This document shows, one piece after another, positions 24,319-36,300 of a DNA stretch of 64,000 bases. The first letter of the stretch is position 1. Every line of letters begins with the position of its first letter. A program made the translations under genes and the position numbers. The notes beneath the pieces were generated by a model. The model made no database searches, was not told the origin of the DNA, and saw nothing but the letters and a program-made list of their open reading frames with translations. The stretch is taken from positions 186,001 to 250,000 of the forward strand of contig NW_020846723.1 of the NCBI RefSeq assembly GCF_003704095.1, given 5' to 3'. The stretch comes from Pocillopora damicornis. Lineage: Eukaryota.

Positions 24319-27300
24319 ATGATCAGAGAGAGAAAAATGATGAAACATATTGCAGTGATGTTCTTGTTTATAGACAACGTCTTCTTAGCGAACGCTGTCA
24401 CCGTCGACCACAAGTGCAGCACAGGAGGGCGGCTGACTGTGTTATGGTGGGGCCAGGAGCCGTATATTTACAAATTTGGGGACAAGCAGGAAGATAACTT
24501 AAAATCAAAAGTAGATGCACCGGCGTCTATATCAGGGATGTTTCCATTAATCTTGGACCAAGCCCTTGAACGTTGTTGTAAAAGCAGCACAACACTGAAC
24601 TACACGCAGGTCCCTGAAGGTCCTGCTGGCTTAGATCAACTTCTGGCCGCCGAAGACTTTGATCTCATTTTACCCGTGGGGGCAGAGGTTGGAGCAGGAA
24701 CTGTTCGTCAGTTCTCGTTCACTGGGTTGCTTGAGTCCCCTGGAGTTGCAGTGCTTATCAAGGGAAACGTGTCTGGGGCTCAGTTATTGCTGTCTGTTCT
24801 TCAAGGCTGGCCCATCCTTGTGTTCATTCTCATTTCTGCCTCGCTCGCCGGAGTGGTTATCTGGTTATTTGTAAGTAACAATATGTCCTACTGCTTTGAT
24901 TGATAAGCCGAATAATTCGTGCAAAACTGACATGGCGGTAGAAAACGTCGCCGTTGCCTTTTAAAGATCATGGTTTAGTGTAGACACTTAAAAAAATGGG
25001 CGGGTGGAAAGTGACTGGAATCAAGCTGCCTTTTTTTCGATGATCCATTAAGCGTGGGCCCAGCACGGCGCACTAACACTACCCATATCATGGGGTTGTC
25101 CGGATCATCGATTTTTTTCGGTCATTGGCTCTGGTCCAAAATTTTGATTTTTCACTTAGAATCAAATCAAAACTCAGTTGTTTAAGGTCATCTAAGCAGG
25201 GCTCGATGTTTCGTTATTATTTCGCCTCAGATATCGATTCTCTTCTTGTTTACTGGACGAGGTGGTTTTTCACTGACAATCCACGTACAACTCAAGCAAA
25301 CGAACATTTTTGTCTAAACGTTAAATTGAAGAAGACATATTTAGTTTCATCGTTATGAATAAAAAGTTTGACCACATTTTCCTTTCTCAGGAACGGAAGG
25401 AGAATACAGAGCAATTTCCCGAGTCATTTTCCCATGGTGTGTTTGAAGGATTCTGGTGGGCTTTCATAACTATGACAACTGTTGGGTAAGTACTCGTGCG
25501 AACAGAATAGATAATCCTCGTCCAAATCAACCAGGTGCACTTAAAATAACGGGAAAAACGGGATTAATATTGTTAGCAATTGAAAAGCTAAGAACCTTTG
25601 TTTTGTTAGTTGTTACACTACGCAGTTAAATCGTGAGAAGGCGATTTTTTTTAATCTGCGAACCGTTCTTTCGCTGAAACACCATCATGTAGTTTCCTTG
25701 CGTTTGAAGGCCGTTTATAGTTGCAAGCTCAATTACAACGAATTGATGACCTGCGCTAAAGTTTGGAGAACACGAAATATATTTTGACTAAACCAAAAAA
25801 CAGTTTTATTGCGAATCCATTGTGCTTTGCATATCTGCATTTGCATTGCTCTCAAAGAAAGGCTCACTCAAGAAAAGGCTAACTTTAACTAATCGCGACT
25901 CCATATACATGTTTTACAAAAAGTTCTAGAACATTCCAGAGATCTGTAATACAACTATTTTTAGTAACATTACATTGCTATTACATAATAAGAAATTATG
26001 CTGACTAAGGGTTCTAGGAAGTTCCATTAAGAGTTGTCAATGAGTCAGCATGACTAAGCGTTCTAGAAACTTCTTCAATTCTATATTTAGTAATTCCGTA
26101 ACACAACGCACTCTCCATAACAGAAGCCCAAACATGTATACCACATCATCCATGCCTAAAACATAAGATTACTTGATAAAACTATGGCTTGACACGAGAG
26201 GAAAAGCTACTTGAGTAAAGTTAGTTAGGAGCCAAATTTCTTTTAGCGTTTGATGGCCATTTATAGTTACACGCTCATCTACAAGTAAGTCAGCCGTCAA
26301 CAAATCTCGTAACCCTCATGCTGGCGTAAGTGAGACCTAAGATTGGGAGTAAGTTGTATTGTTAAGATGCAAGGAGCTACATTCTGAGTGAACCGAGTGA
26401 TACCGCCCTCAGCTGAGCAAATTTAAGACTCTTGCCGCTCAGCAGACGAAATGCATACAGTTGAAGTACTGCTATGTCATGATGATAAAATGGCTGAGGT
26501 ATTGTGCGAGTCTTGTGCCATTACTGCAAAAAAGTACTTTCTATCTCCTTAGACCTTATACCTCTTGTGCATCTCAACCACAAAACACAACAAATCAGAA
26601 ATCACCAAGGAACGTAACAAGATTTTAGAGGGTGGATGAAGAGATGAGCTCTTGCTTAAGGGAATAAGTATTAATATATTACTTGATGTTGAAGTTATGA
26701 AGAGGAAAATATTGGCAGCTACAAGAAACTATAATGAAAATGTTCCTGCTTGAAACGTTTGACAAAAGAACAGAGCATCTTCAATGTTATCCGTCATTTT
26801 AGTTGTCATTGCTCAAATTTTACTAACGAGTGATCTTCAAGTGTTATAAGGACCAGTCAGGGTGAAGGTTCCTAACGGATTCGTCTCTGCCAGGTGATGA
26901 AGATGAAAGCAAAGTTCTTTCCTGTCAGCACATTTTAAGTTCGTGGGCGTCGAGTCATTGAATATATATGTATGAAATAAATTGATAACCTTTATTATTG
27001 TTTTCTGTCATCTCTAAGATGCATGCTGGAGGCTATTACAAGAAAGAATAACATCTAAAGAAAGTAAAATTGTAATAGTTTTTGTACAAATATTGATTTT
27101 CTTTTGCCTTTATACATATTCTTCCTATGTCCTCAGTATTTCATTAAAACGATTCGAAATTTCATTCAAAACAATAAAGTGAGCTTCGCTCACTTGTTCG
27201 TTTTTTGTTGATGCATTGCAACTCGTGAATAAAAATCGTTCGTCCGCTCTTTCCATGGAATAATCTCTATTTATTTAAGCAATAGACCATACTTCCTATC

Positions 27301-30300
27301 GGTTAACAGTTTGATGACCGTCATTATCATCTGAAACTTTAGGTTTGTTTCAGATTTAACATTAAGCTTACGAGTGCACTATTTGTGGCCGTATCTTTTG
27401 TCTGAAGGGATTATGCTCTTTTATTAAGAACACATAGGCTTAAACTATCGACCCTTGGCTGAATGTCGCAACGCGAAACTTGAAATCATTGAAAATGGCT
27501 CAGAGACAATTATAATCATTTTCTGTGGATGTGTAAGGATGTTTTGGCCACCAACAGCTTGTTAATTACCGGGTGACAGAGAGGAAAGTTTGTGTAGGCA
27601 CAGAGTAGAAGGAGTTTAAATTCTACCACCTTGTTGACATTCAGTCACTTTTGCGTAAAGTTCACATAACAGAAATGAAAATAATACATTACTCGGTACT
27701 TTGAAACGAGAAAGGTCTTCACAACAGCAGATGTTTTATTTCTGATACTGATAAAAAGCCAATAGTTTTTGGTTTATTTTTGTCTTTCCATCCTTGATAA
27801 GACACATTTTAAGCGAATTGTGGCTAAATGACAACAAGAATTCGGTTTTTTTTTTTTTGCTAACAAAGCAAATTCAGTATAGGTTGGTTTGTTTCAAGGC
27901 TGACTTAAATAACCCACACACACCTCAAGGAACGTATATGTATAAAGGCAAAAGAAAATCAATATTGTGTAGAAGTTATTACAATTTTACTTTCTCTAAA
28001 TGTTATTCTTTCTTGTAATAGCCTCCAGCATGCATCTTAGAGATGACAGGAAACAACAATAAAGGTCATCAATCTATTTCATATGTACATATTTAATGAC
28101 TCGACGCCCACGAACTTAAAATTTGCTGACAGGAAAGAACTTTGCTTTCATCTTCATCACCTGGCAGAGACGAATCCGTTAGGAACCTTCACCCTGACTG
28201 GTCCTTATAACACTTGAAGAGCACTCGTTAGTAAAAGTTGAGCAATGACAACTAAAATGGCGGATAACATTGAAGATGCTCTGTTCTTTTGTCAAACGTT
28301 TCTAACAGGAACATTTTCATTTTGGTTTCTTGTGGCTGCCAATATTTTCCTCTTCATAACTTCAACGTCAAGTAATATATTGATACTTATTGCCTTACAC
28401 AAGAGCTCATCCCTTCATCCACCCTCTAAGATCTTGTTACGCTCCTTAGCGATTGCTGACTTGTGTGTTGGGTTTGTTTTGGAGCCAGTATTTGTCGCAT
28501 ACTTAATGTCGGTACATTATGGGAACTGGAAAGTGTGTTTTCCGTTGGTTCATCTCTCGGCTGTTGTCGAAATGCTTTCCTGTGTAGTATCTTTACTAAC
28601 GATGACCGCAATAAGTGTGGACAGGTTGTTTGCCCTGTCACTGGGTGTGAGGTACAGACAAATAGTCACTTCTAAACGCGTGGCGTTGGCCGTTCTCTGT
28701 CTTTGGACCGCAAGTATTTGTGCATCAGCCTCGGTATACTGGACTTTTGATATCATTGGATATTATAGCGTTACGGCTTTCACATTAGGTTTGACAGTTT
28801 CAACTTGCTGTTACGCAAAGATATATCAAAAGCTCCTTCATCATCAAGTTCAATTACAAGGCAGTGTTCCTGGCAGAGCTGCACCATTAAACATCGCGCG
28901 ATACAGAAAAACAGTGTCCAGTGCATTGTGGGTATATTTTACATTAGTTGTGTGTTATCTCCCAGCAGGCATAGTTACAGGTTTGGTTGTGATTCACCCT
29001 GGAGAAACCAGGGCACCGAATCTTCTGCTTGCGTGGGTAATGACATTTACACTTTCTTTTTTGAATTCTACGCTTAATCCAGTTTTGTACTGCTGGAAGA
29101 TCACAGAACTGAGAACAACAGTCAAGGCCACAGTGAGACAGATGTACCGCTAGAAAATAGTATAAGTATTTTAATCCTAACAGTAATAAGCATCTAATGT
29201 CTCCCCACAGTATCACTGCTGAGTCTAGCTCAAGTCTTGAGAATAAAGGAAATGATCATCACCCTAAGAAGCTCTTCTCCTAATACTCTTTTACAATATC
29301 AGACGAAATGTATACAGAACAGTATTGAGAATCCGCCAATTGATGTTGGTGACTGAAGGGTTACGGTTATAAGCTTACATACCACAGATGCTTTTTTTCG
29401 GTGGGCCATCTCAACATAGCTTGAAAAAGTAATTCTGTAATAAGAAGTTGCTCAGCTAATAAATATTTGCACCAAATAAAATTATTTATTATACTTGAAC
29501 ATTTAGACTTAACGGTCACTTCTCGTCACTTCTGTGGCTGTTTTTGGTTGAAGGAAACAGATTGTCAAACAGTCGTACTTTTACGACATGGTTTGGTCAT
29601 GTCTGTCACAGCGTTTTGCCTTATATTTTGTACTGAAGCTCGGAAGATATGTTTATGGCCATTTTAAAGCAGTGTAGGGTAAAACTGATGCAACCAAGCA
29701 ACTCGCCTACAGCAATGAATCTTGTTTTTCTCCGTATCCTAAGAACTGTAAACATGCAGTTAGAAGGTTATTACTGGCAAATCTTAAACTGTTGTTACTC
29801 CTACGCGAATGTTTCGAACTGACTAGGTTCAGTTTTGCAAAAATTAATACTGAACGGCCAATTTGAAATAGAAATGACGCTGTTTATTTTTTCTGTGCTT
29901 TATGTTGAACAATGCGAGCGTCATATTCAATGTGAAGCCAAAAATCTAAGTAAAAATTATTGAGAACGCCTACACTGTCAAATAATAAAACGAAACCAAG
30001 ACAAAAAGTTTTCCTCTTTATACAGCAACATAATAGACTTACAGCAGACTATAACACTCAGCTACACTCGGTACATAATTAAACATTATCGCTTATTTGC
30101 TCTTTTCTCCGGCTATGTATATCCGGGTTTGATCACTCAACAAGCAATACCCATATAATTTCCGGGCACCCGAATGATGAAAAACCTGTCTCAAGCATGC
30201 TACAAAATAATGACAGTGCAGGTTGGATGGCGCCTAGAGAGGAAACGCTTTTAATTTTACATCGACGTTGGTCCAATATTTCGTATCAAGATCGATCAAG

Positions 30301-33300
30301 AGATTATAGACAGTTCTTAATCTCTTAGATAGATTAAATAAATAATCAGGATTTTCCCTCAAGCAAGCAAAGCCTTAATAGCTTTTCTCTCATTAAAACA
30401 AAGTAGGCGAAGAATCCAACATCAAATCATGGCTCGTGAATCATGCAAAAATGCTGTGGCTTAACAAAGAGTTTATAATGTTTCGCCTGCAAAGTTGTTT
30501 TGCAACTGAAATATCTCACTTTCAAGACAATGGATTTTACAGTTAAGTGATTGTGAAACCACTTTAAATTACGGTATCAACGAGCGCTTTCATTAAATTT
30601 ATTTATTCTTGTTTTCTCGTCACCTTATTCCCACCAATAACGTAGCTCCATTTTCTGCATATAAACCCAAACACAACCCACAATTCCTCTAGTCGCTCTG
30701 ACGAAGGGCTAACGCTCGAAAAGTCAGCTTTTAAACTCTTTACGATGGCAAATTTACGTTATCAACTTAGTTGATAATACTAAATTACAAAGAAATATTA
30801 TATTTACATATCCATGATAAGAATGCTCACTCTTAAGAGTAAAAGAGTTTAAAATATGCGCTTTCTTCCCAAACTCTTCTTAATAAGTCGATACTAAGAC
30901 ACTGCATGTGAGGACTGTAACGATAAATTTAGGTTAAAAAAAATTTTTATACTCCAACATAAAACGAGCAGTTACATGTTCGAAAGCCGCGAAGTAACTG
31001 ACAACCCCGTATGCGCATATTATTATAAGAACATTAGTTGCGCGCTCGTTGGGATTAGTTCATGTGATTAGTTAGTATGTTCCTCCCTTAAACTTAGAGC
31101 CCGGTATTTTATGCCACATACTTGCAACAATATTTTGTCACAAGGACACTCAAATTAACTAGAATTATTTAGGTTTCGAGTGTTAAGTCTTCGTCAAAGC
31201 GAAATATTTGCTCTGACATCCGCTCAGAAACTCTTATTAGTGGCCAATTATGTGAGAGTAGTCCTGAAAAGGACTGTTGTCGGTAAGAGTGACTGACGCT
31301 TTAATAACCTGAGCGGCAGTCATCATCAGAGTCAAAAGGAGAGTTGTTGTCGGTTTTGTTGTCGTATGAATTGGATTTATTGACTCAGTCGACAATCGAT
31401 AAAATGAAATTACCTAACGCTAATTGCAAAGTACTCGTGGAAAAATCGTTTTAAATACTGCTATTTCGTTCGCTGGATAAAAAAAACATCATGCAAAACG
31501 ACATTATTGAGTTATTACTCTCAGCTTTACAATGGTTAGTTAAAAAATATCAAAATGGAGTTTGAGTAATAATCGTGCAGGGTTTCATTAGAAGTCAATT
31601 ATTACCAATGGTCTACCGCCGCCTGTGAGACTTCTTACCGCAGTCTCAGTTTAGCTTACGTGCAGGCGCTCGTGCTTGGGTTTCGCCTCAAGGCTCCTTT
31701 TTGGGCAAAGTTGCGCATCATGCGCCAATGGCACCTTCTTATGGAAAAATTTATGGAGACCCCTGAAATAATAGCTAATTATTTGCTGCAATTTTAAGGT
31801 AAACAAACATTGTAAAGCGTAATGATGAATCTATATTTTAGGTATGGAGATTTGGCGCCCAAAACAATTCCTGGGAAGCTTCTGGGTCTGATATGGATGT
31901 TAGCGGGTCTTATCATCATTACCATGTTCATCAGTATCATCACAGCAGCATTGACCAATGTCAGTCTGCTAGGACGGACCAACCTTCGAGGGGTCACGGT
32001 AAGTACTGGGACTGAGTTCGACCTTGGTAAGAAGAGGCTAATTCGTTGTAGATGGTACAAATTACTTTCTTACTTCATCATACTTCGGTAAAACTGGAGA
32101 AAAATTGAATTAACTTTATTTAAACACGAAAGCCATGAGCTAATCAGTTTGATTACTGTCAAATGTTACCTTCGTTAAATAAAGTCTACAACTACTACGA
32201 CTGCATTAAACTTTAGCTCAACAGAGAGTTCGTGTTAAGATGGATTTTAGTCAATTACAATAATAGTGAAGAGAAAGATTGGTTATAGATAAAGATGTTT
32301 AAAAAGCTTTTGATAAGAGGGTGAGACGAAGAAGAACCCTGAGTCTCTCCAGTGAGGATTTTTGCCTCGATAAGACTTTCCGATTTTGACGACGTATTCC
32401 CTAATAACCGAAACACTTAGAATAAAGGAGAGAAGTTTCTAAAGAAACTGTGGTGCTGCGTTAGTGTTGGGGTATAGCAAGATAATTTTGGTATTAATGA
32501 TGATAACGTAAAGAGTTTCAAAGCTGACGCTTCGAGCGTAAACCCTCTCGTCAGAGCCAATGGAGAAATTGTGGGTTGTGTGTGGGTTTATATGCGGAAA
32601 ATGGAGCTACGCTATTGGTGGGAACATAGTGACGAGAAAAACAAGAATAAATTAGTTGAATGAAAAGCGTTCGTTGATACCGTGGGGATTAAGAGTGCCG
32701 ATTTGAAATATTAATTTTGTGAAAGAGTTGGAGGCTTTCCGAACTTTCTGGATGTAAGGAAAGGCCGCAAACTGCCATATGCTGCTTAGAATGAGTAAGG
32801 AGATTAAAGTGTCTGCAACTGGTTTGGATGTGTCCTTGTCGTTCCTATCTACGTCGTGGTGTTCTCAGAATCGGTCATCAGGTCGTCTTCCTGTTTCACC
32901 AATGTATAACTTTTTGCAATAAGTGTAAGTTATGCAATAGCTGACATTGGCAGAGGATCACGTGAAGTGATTAGTGATCTTAATGGATCACTTTGGTCCT
33001 CGGATATTTTCTCGACGTTATGAATGAAAGAACAAGTTTTGCATCGTGAGCGTGCGCATTTGAAAGTTCCATTGAGGTTGGTCATTGCTTTGTAATGAAC
33101 TTTTGTACAAAAAGTTACCTAAGTTTTAGTCACGTTTGAATTAAATAAGTGGAGGTTGCGAAAAGATAGGGCGTCCAATAAATTCATCGATAGTCAGCCC
33201 TACAAACATAATAGAAGGAAAATACCGATCGCATTCCATTCACTCTCAAATTTCACCCTCACAACCACGCAGTTAAATGCATCATTCTTAAAAACTTTAG

Positions 33301-36300
33301 ATTACTTCAAAATGATTCAGAGACTGGTATTATCATTTTGCAACCTCCACGGTTTTTTATTTAAACGTGACAAAAACGTAGGCAACTTTTTGCTCAGAAG
33401 TTCATGACAAACTAATGACCAACCTGGAACTTTCAGGGTCAGTTCTGTTATTGATACTAAGTTCAAATGTAAAAATTGTCCAGTACACTGCCGGATGCTA
33501 ACTGATCACCGAATAACATTCAACTGTACATCAAATAAATTGTATAGTAGCGGTAGGAAGGTGTTCAAGAAACTGCCTAATGTCGGGCAAATCGGTATAG
33601 AAAGCACCATTAAGTTTGAAACAACACCCAACGGATTCCAAGACGGACAGTACCACGATAAAAAGGTCTGTAGCCAGGCTTTGGAAAAGTTAGTTTGCTG
33701 GCTGATTTTGTGGTGAGTCAAGGTATCAAGAATAGTGAAGTTTTTAGAATGAAGCAGCAACGGTTGATACGTTGAGTATCAAGCAGAATGTTAATTGATA
33801 TTTTTTTGAAAAGAGGGGAGACCACGTCATGAAAATTGGATTATTCACTACACAATGCATCGAAAAACGAGACCGCAAGAATGTACAAGTCGATTAAGAT
33901 AAGTTGGGAGAAAATACCATTTATGAAGTTTTTATGCCTTGTAGTAATTAGTGAAGTTAGACTAATGAAACTAATCTATCCCTAATTGACTTTCATGGCA
34001 GATTTCAGTCGTTAATCACAGCGAGGAACACAAGCTTGGAATTCGAGAAATTGCGAATGTTGAAGGTAAACAACAGTGTTAATTATCTGATTTGGGCTTT
34101 GAAACATCTCTGTATTTCTCTATTATCATTTTTAAATTCTTTTGCATAACTCATATCTTGAAAAACCTCCTGTAATTTGCCCTTCAGTTTTCAAGGAGAC
34201 GGTTGTAAAAGGTCACGAAACTAAAATCGTGCGTGTTAAGAACAAAATAATTAATGGTAAATTTTTTTCGTAAGAACGATCGCTGTCTAATCGAGGGATA
34301 CAACATTAATTTTAACAAACATTCAAAATAATTTGCATTATTATTATTATATTATTAAGTTCACGTATTTTTATTCAAAATTTTTTCCGCATTTACGGTT
34401 CACTCGTCGAAGACTGCAGTTCAGGCAGTCGAAAGCTCGTACTTTCTTAACGTGATCGTTCTGGCCAGAGATCGTTCTTAAAAAAATACCATGTTTTACC
34501 CTGGCTGCGGCTCTTTTATATTTTCAAAATAATTAGTGTTAACAGATACTAGCTGCCTTCAATCGATTCCTTCCTTCTCTTTTATATTTCTGTTAGAAAT
34601 GCTTTGATGATGCACAACTTAGTTTTGACATCCGCAACAGTTAAGGAGCATGTGCGTGTGTTATTCTGATTCGTTCATAAGTTTACCTATAACTTAGTTT
34701 CTTTTCGTTTTTGATTCAGTTTTTTATTTTGTTTGGAACCTTTGTCATGAAACTAACACGTATGGGTTAGAGGACGGAAATAATCAGTTGAAACAATAAA
34801 GCGACGAAAATTACCTCATTAAACTTCGTTAATTTTTTTCTCCGCCAAAGAACTCTGAATATTAGAACTATCTGCTGATGACATTTCCAGGTGATGTGAT
34901 TAGGATCTTTAAAATAATCAGATTCAGAGACCGAAACGCTGGCTAAGCGACACCATTTCCAATTTCAAACAATGACCCGAAACAAATGAAAATTACATCA
35001 TTGTTCTTAAAAGATCAATTAAGATAACGAACTCGAAAAATAATGCGCACAGACGATTTTTTTAAAGTTTCTCATCTATTCATGTTTTGCATAGGTCTTA
35101 GGCTCTTTCTATCTCAGTTTATTTCTGTCTCTTTTCCTTCCACTCTATAGGACCGAAAAAAATCGCGTTATTGTTATGGTGACTGTTTGTTACGTTAGTT
35201 CAAAGTATAAAAAAAGAAAAAGTACAAAGGAACAGGATGAACGAAATCAAAATAAATCTTTGAACCAGATTTGCGCAAAGCTGTTGTTACGTTGTTGGTA
35301 TCCTTCCTTTCTAAGTGAACAGGAAGGAAAAAGGTGTTTCAACTGTTCGGGTTCAACCAATCATTCATGTTTGCTGTTGGGCATTGTTTCAGAAATGATG
35401 AAAAAAACAAGCAGTGCATCGAACGAGACATCGTCTGGGAACCTAAAACATAGATTGGCGTGCCGTTTGTACCGAAATAATGATCTTGTTTGCGATCATC
35501 TATGGTTTAAATGCAATAGTGGCGTTTGTAGGAAATCTCTTCGTCTTACTTGTGGTAGCAATCTACAACCGTTTTCACAAAAAAAGATACATTTTGTTGG
35601 CCAGCTTAGCACTTTCAGATTTGCTCTTTGCCATACTGGTGGTCAGCAATCGCGCCGCCGCCAATGCTCTTGAGCAATGGCCTTTTGGAACCACTTGGTG
35701 CCTTGGAAACGCGTTTATTGTCAGACTTCTTCACTTAACTACGGTATTCCATCTTTGTGCGATATCTCATGAAAGATACACTGCCATCGTCAGGCAGCCA
35801 TTAACCTACATTGACAACTTCACCAAGATGAGAATGTTTCTCTATCTAACTTTTTTATGGTTTTTACCGGCGGCTATATCCCAAGGTCCGTTCATCGGCT
35901 GGGGAGACTTTACTTACAACCCAGGAATATTCACTTGCGAGCAGCATTGGGAAACAACTTTTCCTTTGCTGATATCTTCTTTTCTCATTCCACTGATCTT
36001 AATAAGCTTCCTAAACTACAAGGTTCTCAAAGTCGTCTGTCGGATTCAAAGCAGTTGCAAAGTTGTAAGTGGCCTATCCAGCATAGAAAACAAGACGGCA
36101 GATTGGTTGACCGGGCAGCAATCATGCTCCAGTAATAACCAATCTCAGAATCCCAATCAACAGCACACAAGGAAATGCAAGAGTCCAGGTGATACCAAGG
36201 GCGAAGAACATGGGCCTTTGTCTCAAATACAGAATGCGACTGTGAAGAGCTTTCTCCCTTCTCAAATGCAAGATGAAGAAAATGACCTATATTGACCTTA

